NCBI GenBank assembly: GCA_964455755.1 | Contig: CAYWAK010000003.1 | Location: forward strand, 1-37,081 | Direction: 5' to 3' | DNA: 37,081 nt | DNA from: an uncultured Ardenticatenales bacterium | GTDB lineage: Bacteria > Chloroflexota > Anaerolineae > Ardenticatenales > JAADHH01 | In this document: piece by piece, positions 15,899-24,239 of the stretch | Layout: every line of letters begins with the position of its first letter | How positions within the stretch are numbered: position 1 is the stretch's first letter | Notes under the pieces: generated by a model | The model's database searches: none | Told to the model about the DNA's origin: nothing | The model's input: only the letters and a program-made list of their open reading frames with translations | Made by a program: the position numbers and the translations under genes

Positions 15899-18058
15899 TC
15901 AGCTCATTTTCCCCCGCCGCCAAGCGTAGAGAAAAACTGCCAAGGTTCCACATGCTGCCGAGATCGAGAGCAGGTACCCGAACCAGACGTACGCCGGTCT
16001 GGCAAAGTGAAATCGAATGTTGCTGGCTCCGGCCGGCACGACAACGCCCAGAAACGCACCATCCACGCGCAGCACGGGAGCATCAGCCCCGTTCACCGTC
16101 GCGCGCCAGAGCGGGTACCACGCCTCGCTGAGGGCGAGCAGCGCCAGACGAGGCGTCTCGACGTGCAGATCAATTTCGTCTCCTCTGGGCCGCTGCCACG
16201 CGGGCAAAGGAAGGTCGCGCACGTTGGTCGCCGGCGAGAAGTCTTGCAGCGTGCCGGTAGCCGGTACGCTTTCGTTTGCAGGCAAACCGCCATCCAGCAG
16301 GGCCACGTGCCGCGATAGCGCATCGGGCAATGCCGCCGTATCGTCGCTGCCCATGCGCACGGCCTGCGCATAGAGTTGGGCAAAGGGCTGCACCTTTTCG
16401 TTTTCCAAAATGATGACGTCGTGCGATTGCCAGGCCTGCTGATCCCAGCCGGCAGCCTGCAAACGCTCGTTGTCACCGGCAAAGTGCGGGTCGGCCGGGC
16501 GAAGGAGTACGTAGCGCACCCCCAAGAGATTCAACAAGGTCGTCTCATCCCCCCTTTCACGCAAAAGGGACATCGGCAGGGGAACGCCTTCGTCCCAGTG
16601 ACCATCGTAATGAGGCACTGCGGCGTAGCGTACCGAAAAGGTGTAGCGATACTTGTTGCCGATCAAGCCGGTTGGCTCCCAAAGCCGGTATCCCTGTCCG
16701 TGCTCGTCCAGCCAACGATACGCGGCCAGCTCGTCGGCGGAAAAATAGGCCGGCGTGTGCTGAAAGACGGCCCAGGCCGGTTTGTAGTCAACCACGATCA
16801 GACCCAGGATGGCGACAAAAATGGCGGCTTGCCAAAGGGGCTTACGCAATCTGCCAAGCAAGCTGGCCGCGCCGGCTCCGGCCAGCACCGCCAGACCGGC
16901 AGCCACAAACATCAGGGCACGGAAGGGCATCAGCCGGGAAAGGAAGGGGGTGTGCATGACCGGATTGAAGGGCAGGTGCGTACCGGCGGCCATGACCAGA
17001 CCGATCACCACCATAACCCAAACCGCGTAAAGTCCCCGAAACCGTCGCCACGATAGTGACCCGATCAAGCTCAACAGCAGCGTGCTTCCGCCCAGGTACC
17101 AGGCATTCAGGCCACCAAAAGCTTTCCAAATGATCGGCAAAGCGGACGTGTCCACGGGCATCTTCGCTCTTTTCAATGCGGCATCCCAAAGCATCGGCAC
17201 GGAGACCGCATAGCCACGCAAGAAATCGGCGGAGAGGGTCGCAGTCACGCCGCGCATCTGGGACACGGCGACCTGCTTCATTTCGACGGCCGCCGGCACG
17301 AGCACGGCAGCGCCGAGTGCTCCGGCGATCACGGCGGCGGCCAGGCCAATCTGCAAGCTCCGCACAATGGTGCGCTGCCCGCTGCGCCAGAGTGCGGCTT
17401 CGCGCAAGCCAATATATATGCCAAGCACAACCCAGGCAGGGGGTGTCCGCTCCAAATTCGCCAGGGGCAAGATGCCCAAGAAGAAGCCCAGGCCGAACAC
17501 CCACCACCAGCTTTCCGCCGGCCGTTGGCGGTGTCGTTCGTACCACCACAAGGGCAAAGGCAACAAGGCCCAGAAGAGGGCGTGCTCCCACCAATCCACG
17601 GCCGTGTGCAGGTGGAAGGGAAAGAGCAGGTAGACGGCGCCGGCGATGAGCGCACCCGCTCTGCCCATCGCCAATGACGACGCCCACAGATAAAGGCCAA
17701 TCGCCGAACCAGAGAGCACCACCAGATAGAACAGTTTTGTCACGAAACCCAAAGACAAGCCGCTCAGCGCCGAGAATCCGGCAACCGCATAATAAACTGG
17801 CCAGGCCAGGAACCGCGTCCAGGGTAGTCCGCCGAACCAGGCCGGAGTCCACGGGGAGAAGAGTACTCCGTGCAAGAGGTCTTGCCGTACCAGCCAGGCC
17901 GTGCTCATTTGCACCAGCATCTCGCGGCGCGGGGTGAGGGGCAATTCCCGATTCCACCAGCCGTGCATGGCCACGACGGCGAGCAAGAGCAACAGCGTCC
18001 CCTCCGCCCAGCGGCCGAACGAAGGGAAGGTGCGCGGCAGGGTGCGCGAATTCCGCAT
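15899..18058 (-). CDS. large polytopic membrane protein, YfhO-like GT-C glycosyltransferase, paralog C1
   Basis: 719 aa with many TM helices. The extracytoplasmic C-terminal domain ends in SEAWYPLWRATVNGADAPVLRVDGAFLGVVVPAGASNIRFHF plus a terminal TM, a YfhO-family pattern. ATG at 18058 abuts the upstream TAG. Confidence 0.65.
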   Translation of the reverse strand: MRNSRTLPRTFPSFGRWAEGTLLLLLAVVAMHGWWNRELPLTPRREMLVQMSTAWLVRQDLLHGVLFSPWTPAWFGGLPWTRFLAWPVYYAVAGFSALSGLSLGFVTKLFYLVVLSGSAIGLYLWASSLAMGRAGALIAGAVYLLFPFHLHTAVDWWEHALFWALLPLPLWWYERHRQRPAESWWWVFGLGFFLGILPLANLERTPPAWVVLGIYIGLREAALWRSGQRTIVRSLQIGLAAAVIAGALGAAVLVPAAVEMKQVAVSQMRGVTATLSADFLRGYAVSVPMLWDAALKRAKMPVDTSALPIIWKAFGGLNAWYLGGSTLLLSLIGSLSWRRFRGLYAVWVMVVIGLVMAAGTHLPFNPVMHTPFLSRLMPFRALMFVAAGLAVLAGAGAASLLGRLRKPLWQAAIFVAILGLIVVDYKPAWAVFQHTPAYFSADELAAYRWLDEHGQGYRLWEPTGLIGNKYRYTFSVRYAAVPHYDGHWDEGVPLPMSLLRERGDETTLLNLLGVRYVLLRPADPHFAGDNERLQAAGWDQQAWQSHDVIILENEKVQPFAQLYAQAVRMGSDDTAALPDALSRHVALLDGGLPANESVPATGTLQDFSPATNVRDLPLPAWQRPRGDEIDLHVETPRLALLALSEAWYPLWRATVNGADAPVLRVDGAFLGVVVPAGASNIRFHFARPAYVWFGYLLSISAACGTLAVFLYAWRRGKMS

Positions 18059-19018
18059 CTAGCGCTCCCGACACACAATTACATCGTCAGGGGTCATGAC
18101 CGTATCCACGATGTCCTCGGAGCCGGTCACCTGCGTGCCGGCGAAGAGCAGAGAGTCCCGAATGGTGATCGGCCGGCTGACCGTTACGCCATCGCCGATG
18201 ACGGAATTTATCACCTGCGTTTCCGGAGCCAGGCGGACGTTCTGGCCCACAACGTTATCCAATCCCAGGCGTTCCCTTTGGCGACGGTTACAACCCAGCA
18301 GATCGCAGGCCAGGGTGATATTCATGTCCCATTTGACCACTTCCGCGGGATAGACAGGGTAGCCATCGTCAATCAAAATCTGGATCGAGTTGGTTATCTC
18401 GTATTCGTCACGTTGCGCTGTGCGCGGAGTACGGCGAATGGCGTCGAATATCACTTGATCGAAGAGATAAATGCCGCATCCTTTCAGGTCGGTGTTTACG
18501 TAGCGCGGTTTTTCGATCACACGGGTAACGATACCGCTGGCATGAAGGATGACGGCGAAATTGCGCCGGATATACTCCGGGTTCGACTCCCGTTTCACGG
18601 CCAGCACTCCGCCGGCGCGGCGCGCCCAAAACATGTCGACCATTGTCTGCAGGTCTTTATTGACCATGAAAATGTCCCCAAGGAAAAGGAGGAAGGGGGA
18701 ATCAATCTGGTCTTCGAGTTGCAGCACGGCGTGCGCTATGCCAAGTGTTTCTCCCTGATCAATGTAATGGAGCTTCATGCCCCAGGCAGACCCGTCTCCC
18801 AACTCCTTTGGCATCTTCTCCTTCAAGTGACCCACGACGACGAAGACTTCCTTTATGCCAATGCGTTTCATGTCCTCGATTTGGTATTGGATGATCGGTT
18901 TGTTACACACCGGCAGCAAGGGTTTGGGATAGCGCAAACTGAGGGGCTTGATCCGCGTGCCCCGTCCGGCAGCCAAGATTACACCGACCAGCTTATTCTC
19001 AGTGGTCAATTCATTCAC
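18059..19018 (-). CDS. sugar-1-phosphate nucleotidyltransferase (NTP_transferase + left-handed beta-helix tail)
   Basis: GVILAAGRGTRIKPLSLRYPKPLLPV matches the GxGTRxxPxxxxxPK signature. The C-terminus has hexapeptide-repeat character. Start is GTG 19018, or TTG 19009 after GGAGG. Sugar and nucleotide specificity cannot be determined. Confidence 0.8.
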   Translation of the reverse strand: MNELTTENKLVGVILAAGRGTRIKPLSLRYPKPLLPVCNKPIIQYQIEDMKRIGIKEVFVVVGHLKEKMPKELGDGSAWGMKLHYIDQGETLGIAHAVLQLEDQIDSPFLLFLGDIFMVNKDLQTMVDMFWARRAGGVLAVKRESNPEYIRRNFAVILHASGIVTRVIEKPRYVNTDLKGCGIYLFDQVIFDAIRRTPRTAQRDEYEITNSIQILIDDGYPVYPAEVVKWDMNITLACDLLGCNRRQRERLGLDNVVGQNVRLAPETQVINSVIGDGVTVSRPITIRDSLLFAGTQVTGSEDIVDTVMTPDDVIVCRER

Positions 19019-19030
19019 CTCCGAGGTACG

Positions 19031-20899
19031 TTATTTTATTTCGTACACCAGCAAGTTATCCTGCAAAAACGATTGCTTATCGCCGTAAAGAAACTCCGAT
19101 GGCGGAACCAGGGGAGAAACCGGAAGCAAGCGTAACAACCGGTCGCCGGCATACAGGCTCCGGTCCGTTCCGGCCCAGACCAATTCTATTCCGGGCGTAT
19201 GATTCAACGTGTCTATCGCGTCCGGGTTCGAACTGGCCATGCTTTCCTGCGCGATGATGATGTACCGCACGCCCCAGCTTCGCAAAAGGTCCAGCGCCGG
19301 CCGGCCGGGAAAAGTCTCCAGCGGAGCCGCCGCGGCTTGATAATCTGCCGGCACAAAGGTTCCGTACCCATAGGCAACCGGTTTGCCATGCCAGCGCGCC
19401 TCGTAGAGCGGGTAGCCGAACCAGGTGCGGTCCAGAGGGAACTGGATGACCAGTCCCTGGCCGGGCTGTTTGGCCAGCCATACATCAACCGGCTGCGGCT
19501 GCACCCGCGCATATCCCAGAGCATAGGGCATGGGCGCAAACTCAACAATGATCCCCGCACAGAGCAAAGCGACAACGAACCGGTTCCGCCAACGCCCCAC
19601 GAGATATGCGGCCCCCACGCCGCTCAGTACGGCCACACCAAGCAAGACAAACAGCCCAAAGCGAGTCCATACGCGCATGGCGCTGAAAAAGGGCATGAAA
19701 AGGTACAGCAACAGTGTCGGCATCGGAATCACAATCGCGCCCTGTACTCCCATGTCCCACCGTGGAACAGGGTTCAGGGCCAGTGTTGTCGAAAGCCAAC
19801 TCACTCCCCTTTCGAAAGCAAATTGCACATTGACCGGAACAGCCAGATGGACAGGATTTCTGCCCACGTGTAAGGTTGTTCCCAGGGCCAGCACAAAAGC
19901 ACCCATGGCGAGCCATCCGAAGACACGGGCGGCAGCGTTACGCCTCCTCCATCCGATCCAGGCCAAGGCCAGCGGAATCCATCCTACGAAAAGGACATTC
20001 TCAAACACATTTTGCGGGTACAGGCCGGCGACGACGCTTCCCCACAACGGGTGCATGATATTCGGCACCACAAAATCCAGCGGGCTGGCCGACCACTGAT
20101 CAACATATCGCAACGAATAGGGCACAGCTTGGCGTCCTGTCGTCTGCAACAACGGCCCCAAGGCGGGCAAAAGCACGATACCGGCTACGGCAATCAGCAA
20201 GCCCAACCCGGTAGCCCATTGTACCGCAAATGTTCTTTTTCGCCAAAGGCGACCCCGCAACACGAAGTAGGCCAAAACAAATAGGCCCATCATGTAGGCA
20301 TAATACCACGACGAGAGGCCGGTCAAGCCCAGGAAGAGTCCGCCCATCGCCGCATCGCGCAACCGTTTGCGGCGCATCATTCGTTCGAGGTAGAAGAATG
20401 TGAGAGGAATCCATTGCGTCCCCATCAACGGCAGGTGGCCGGCACCCAAATGAGCGAAGCGATAGGGCGCAAAGGCGAAGACAAGACCGGTCACCAGTCC
20501 CGCTACGCGCCGTCTGGAAATCGCGTAGCCCAGCAGATAGCCGGTAAAAGCGGAGAGCACGAACGAAGCCACCATCACGGCGTTGTAGGAAAGCACTTCG
20601 CCGAAAAGTATCGTAAGCGGAAAGCCGATCAGCATGTTGGACAGCGTCGTTTCGGAAAGGGCCAGCGGGTAGCCAAACGGCGCAAACACCCCCGGGATAA
20701 AGAAGGGCGCTATTCCTTTGGCCAGCAGAGCATCTTTGAACCACCACATCTTGTAGAGATATTCAAAATTGTCACCGGGTGGACCCAAAATGATGCTCCC
20801 CGGATGAGCAACGAGTGGATAGGTCATGAGCAAGGTGATCAGCAGGCTCAACGAAAGAATGCCGGCATAGCTTTTGATCGGCGCGTGTCGGGAAGTCAC
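19031..20899 (-). CDS. large polytopic membrane protein, GT-C-like, distant paralog (C2) of 15899-18058
   Basis: 622 aa, strongly hydrophobic. The segment AGLVTGLVFAFAPYRFAHLGAGHLPLMGTQWIPLTFFYLER aligns with AGALIAGAVYLLFPFHLHTAVDWWEHALFWALLPLPLWWYER of C1. The GTG start overlaps the upstream stop (GTGA). Confidence 0.6.
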   Translation of the reverse strand: MTSRHAPIKSYAGILSLSLLITLLMTYPLVAHPGSIILGPPGDNFEYLYKMWWFKDALLAKGIAPFFIPGVFAPFGYPLALSETTLSNMLIGFPLTILFGEVLSYNAVMVASFVLSAFTGYLLGYAISRRRVAGLVTGLVFAFAPYRFAHLGAGHLPLMGTQWIPLTFFYLERMMRRKRLRDAAMGGLFLGLTGLSSWYYAYMMGLFVLAYFVLRGRLWRKRTFAVQWATGLGLLIAVAGIVLLPALGPLLQTTGRQAVPYSLRYVDQWSASPLDFVVPNIMHPLWGSVVAGLYPQNVFENVLFVGWIPLALAWIGWRRRNAAARVFGWLAMGAFVLALGTTLHVGRNPVHLAVPVNVQFAFERGVSWLSTTLALNPVPRWDMGVQGAIVIPMPTLLLYLFMPFFSAMRVWTRFGLFVLLGVAVLSGVGAAYLVGRWRNRFVVALLCAGIIVEFAPMPYALGYARVQPQPVDVWLAKQPGQGLVIQFPLDRTWFGYPLYEARWHGKPVAYGYGTFVPADYQAAAAPLETFPGRPALDLLRSWGVRYIIIAQESMASSNPDAIDTLNHTPGIELVWAGTDRSLYAGDRLLRLLPVSPLVPPSEFLYGDKQSFLQDNLLVYEIK

Positions 20900-22407
20900 G
20901 TTTTCGTCCTCGCTACCTGAAAGAGGGAAACTTCCACCCCAAAGTACGTGCGCCTATCGAGCTGCACGAGCCGCCCATCGCTTTGGAACACTTGGTCCAA
21001 AGCGTGGCCGGGGGCGTGGCTCCGGACAATCCAGAGACGGCGGTGTCCGACGATGGCATCATCCAGCAGTTTGCCCAGTTCCTGGGGATTGTCCTCCCCC
21101 CTCCATACGCGCTGCTCGTCGGTGACGTGACGATAATAACGATTGAAGGGAATGAAGATGTCCCCATCTACCAGAAAGATCACGTCGTTTGGCCGCGCCC
21201 GGCTGTCCACGTAGGCCGCAGCGCCACGCCAATCTTCTTTCTGCGGAAGCTGGTATAAGTTGAGCAAGGACACGAATGACAACAGAACCAGAGCCAGGGC
21301 CAGGGGCCATTGAATCCAGCGAATCTGGATGGAAGCAATGCCCAGGCCCAGCCACAGAGAATAGGCAGGGAGGAGCGGAATCAGATAGCGGGTAATGAAC
21401 ATCGGCGTGAATTGCGAGGCCACGTAGGCCAGGAGCAAGGGCAACAAGAAATAGAGGACGGCGAAGAGCATCCGGTCATGGCTTGCTTCTCCCCCCTGAG
21501 GGCCGTTCGCGAACGACAAAAGGGGGCTTATCGCGCCGGCCAGCAGCACCAACGCAAAGATTCCCATGGCGGCCAGTCGCCAGATGTGCGAATCGGGAAA
21601 GGTCACGCCCACGCTGAACTGTTGCCAGACGACAAGCAGGTTGCCAATGTGTGGCGGCCCGTACTTTCTGGCGACCCATCCCCACCAACCATGCCGTTGC
21701 TGGTAAATCAACCCAACCAGCCAGAGCAATGCGACCAGGAACACGGCAACTTGAGACAGAATCCAGCGCTGCAAGAACGGCCGGCCGGTATTGCGCCGCC
21801 CCGCGTGAATCAAGGCAAAGAGGTTTTGGAAAATCACGACCAGGACAGCAACGTAATGGGCATACAAGGCGAGACAAGCGGAAACAATCATCGCCACCCA
21901 ATCCATGTTCCATCTGTCATTTTGATCTCTGAGAATACGGGCAAAGAAGAGCACAGAAGCCAGGCTGAACATGCTGGCAAAGATATACATCCGCGCTTCT
22001 TGAGAATACCAAACATGGAGGGGAGATATTGCCAGGATAGCAGCGCTCCACAATCCCACCGTGCGATCGAAAAGCGTTCTCCCCAAGAGGTAAAGTATCC
22101 AAACGCTGCCCCATCCGGCAAGCGCGGAGGGCAGACGCACAAATGTGTCCCCTTCGCCGAGCTGTATCCAGAAATGGAGGAACAGATGATACAGATTGCG
22201 GTCAGAGAAAGGCAGACCGGCAAAATGGGTCAACGAGAGTTCGTGAAGAGAGCGATGGGCGAACGCAACGCTGTAGGCCTCGTCATACCAGAAGCTCTCG
22301 CTCCCCAGGCCGTACAGACGAAGAACGGCGGCAAGCAGCAAGATTGCCGCCAACAGATAGGTAGTTTTTTGGGCATCGACTGTTTCATTCGTTCCAAAGA
22401 AATTCAT
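20896..22407 (-). CDS. polytopic GT-C-fold glycosyltransferase, GT39 (PMT_2)-like, paralog B2
   Basis: 503 aa. FWYDEAYS and QEARMYIFASMF. The C-terminal domain DVIFLVDGDIFIPFNRYYR...LWIV parallels B1. ATG at 22407. First gene of the long operon. Confidence 0.8.
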   Translation of the reverse strand: MNFFGTNETVDAQKTTYLLAAILLLAAVLRLYGLGSESFWYDEAYSVAFAHRSLHELSLTHFAGLPFSDRNLYHLFLHFWIQLGEGDTFVRLPSALAGWGSVWILYLLGRTLFDRTVGLWSAAILAISPLHVWYSQEARMYIFASMFSLASVLFFARILRDQNDRWNMDWVAMIVSACLALYAHYVAVLVVIFQNLFALIHAGRRNTGRPFLQRWILSQVAVFLVALLWLVGLIYQQRHGWWGWVARKYGPPHIGNLLVVWQQFSVGVTFPDSHIWRLAAMGIFALVLLAGAISPLLSFANGPQGGEASHDRMLFAVLYFLLPLLLAYVASQFTPMFITRYLIPLLPAYSLWLGLGIASIQIRWIQWPLALALVLLSFVSLLNLYQLPQKEDWRGAAAYVDSRARPNDVIFLVDGDIFIPFNRYYRHVTDEQRVWRGEDNPQELGKLLDDAIVGHRRLWIVRSHAPGHALDQVFQSDGRLVQLDRRTYFGVEVSLFQVARTKT

Positions 22408-22464
22408 CGTGCCCCTATTATATTCTCACTTCTCTGCCTGCGCGAATCTTGCGATTTCGGGGTT

Positions 22465-23841
22465 TCAGGCAGAGAGTACTTCCAAAAGAATTGCTTGGAG
22501 AACGTCATCTTGGCTCGGGAGGACGGTCCGCAAATCAAGGACGAGCCGGTCATCTTCGATCCGTGCGATCACCGGCGGCGAAGTGGAACGTAATCGGCGA
22601 GCCAAAGCCGAAGGGTTCGGCACCGCAATCGAAAGCAACTTTGTGGGGAGACTCTGTCCGGGCAGGGAGCCGCCGCCAATCGCAGAATCTCCCTCCACAA
22701 CAGCCGCCTGAATGCCCTGTTTCTTCAAGGGTTCCATAAGCCGAGTTGCGCGCGCTTCAATTGCATCTACACTCATGCTAATCATCTGCCAAACGGGGAT
22801 TTTTCGTTCGGCTTCGCCGCGAACATAGTGCAACAAAGTCGCTTGCAGGGCAGCCAACGTGGTTTTGTCCACGCGGAGCGCTCTGGTCAAAGGATGTCGC
22901 CTTAGCCGGGCAATCAGTGACTGCCGGCCGACGATAATGCCGGCCTGCGGTCCGCCAAGGAGTTTGTCTCCGCTAAAACAGGTCAAGTCCACGCCGGTCG
23001 CCACGCTCTCCTGCACAAGGGGTTCACGGGCAAGGCCATAGGCCGTGGTATCCAGGAAAGCTCCACTCCCCAAATCGTATACCACCTGTACCCCCTGTGC
23101 TTGCCCCAGTTGAACAAGTTCATCAAGGGAAGGTTCGGTCGTAAAGCCGGTGATCAAGAAGTTGCTGGCATGTACACGGAGGATGATTGCCGTCTCTTCA
23201 CGTAAAGCCACCTGGTAGTCACGCAGATACGTACGGTTCGTGGTGCCGACCTCCACCAGCCGGGAGCCACTTTGGGCCATGATATCCGGTATGCGGAAGC
23301 CCCCGCCAATTTCAACGAGGTGTGCCCGCGATATCAGCGTCTCCTGCCCTTTGGCGAATGCGCTTAGTACCAACACCAGTGCCCCCGCATTGTTGTTCAC
23401 CACCAGAGCATCCTCTGCTCCGGTGAGCAAACGTAATAGATGGGTGGCATGGTCATAGCGTGAACCGCGTTGCCCTTTCTCCAAACTGTATTCGAGGTTA
23501 TTATATGCCTGTCCGGCGCGGACCATTGCTTCCTGAGCCTCCTCACTGAGCAATGCCCGACCCAAGTTCGTATGGATGATCACACCGCTGCCATTTATCA
23601 CGGGGAAAAGGCTAGGACGCAACAAGTCAGCAATGTATGCGGTCACACGGGCAACGATATCCTCCGGGGAGGGACAATCCTCCCCACTTTTTATTTTTTC
23701 GCGCAGGGCAGCCAGGTAGTCCCGCACAAGAGAGACCACGTAGGGCCGCTCATTTTCCAGCAGGAACTTTTGCAAAGAGGGCTTACTCAGCAGGGCATCT
23801 ACCGAAGGCAGGTTTTTCAGAGGATTTGGCGTAGGATTCAT
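22465..23841 (-). CDS. selA: L-seryl-tRNA(Sec) selenium transferase
   Basis: 458 aa. The N-terminal LKNLPSVDALL is typical of SelA. PLP-lysine motif FSGDKLLGGPQAGIIVG. Confidence 0.85.
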   Translation of the reverse strand: MNPTPNPLKNLPSVDALLSKPSLQKFLLENERPYVVSLVRDYLAALREKIKSGEDCPSPEDIVARVTAYIADLLRPSLFPVINGSGVIIHTNLGRALLSEEAQEAMVRAGQAYNNLEYSLEKGQRGSRYDHATHLLRLLTGAEDALVVNNNAGALVLVLSAFAKGQETLISRAHLVEIGGGFRIPDIMAQSGSRLVEVGTTNRTYLRDYQVALREETAIILRVHASNFLITGFTTEPSLDELVQLGQAQGVQVVYDLGSGAFLDTTAYGLAREPLVQESVATGVDLTCFSGDKLLGGPQAGIIVGRQSLIARLRRHPLTRALRVDKTTLAALQATLLHYVRGEAERKIPVWQMISMSVDAIEARATRLMEPLKKQGIQAAVVEGDSAIGGGSLPGQSLPTKLLSIAVPNPSALARRLRSTSPPVIARIEDDRLVLDLRTVLPSQDDVLQAILLEVLSA

Positions 23842-23863
23842 TTGTCACTCTCCCTGTAAACAA

Positions 23864-24232
23864 TCTCTCTCTCTTTTTTGTAGGTTACTACCTAATAATA
23901 GTAGTAGGGGCTTAGGATATGTGGATAAGGCATTGAAAAGGGGAAAGGTCACACAAGATATGCCAGATAGCTTCTTGTCCGGACGCACATGTTGCGCATT
24001 CGTACCCCCCGCGTTTGGGTATAAAAGGGGGAATAGCTGTGGAAAAAGGAAACAGGCATTATTTGAAAAGCAGGGAAGGGTATAGACCAGATATGTTGGT
24101 TTCGAGGAGGGTTGTACCCCAAAATGTGGGGGGGTAACATTAAAAGACAGCGTAGAAATAAGAGGGGTTATCCACAAACAAGAAGGGTTATCCACAATAA
24201 TCATAATGTTTTCCACAGGAAAGTGTGGAAAA
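23864..24232. other. candidate replication origin (oriC): DnaA-box cluster plus DnaA-trio-like unwinding module
   Basis: Perfect boxes TTATCCACA at 24168-24176 and 24188-24196, and TGTGGATAA at 23920-23928. One-mismatch boxes at 24039-24047, 24209-24217 and 24224-24232. TAA TAA TAG TAG TAG at 23893-23907. A (TC)n-T6 tract at 23864-23879. Lies immediately 3' of dnaA. Confidence 0.75.
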
Positions 24233-24239
24233 AGGAAAA

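Noticed and set aside
16842-18074. 410-aa minus-strand ORF in an alternative frame of the YfhO-like gene
   Set aside because: It is on the same strand but off-frame, with Arg/Gly/Ala-rich composition and no TM periodicity. The 719-aa frame is clearly the real one.
17870-19135. 421-aa plus-strand ORF spanning the YfhO-like / nucleotidyltransferase junction
   Set aside because: It crosses two well-supported minus-strand CDS and an intergenic junction. It shows no recognisable motifs and is an antisense artefact.
21310-22593. 427-aa plus-strand ORF opposite GT39-like gene B2 and the end of selA
   Set aside because: It is a charged low-complexity translation that spans a gene boundary on the other strand.
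23845-24216. 123-aa minus-strand ORF and other small ORFs inside the dnaA-selA spacer
   Set aside because: The region is explained by DnaA boxes, trio repeats and AT-rich tracts. The ORF has odd composition and no RBS.
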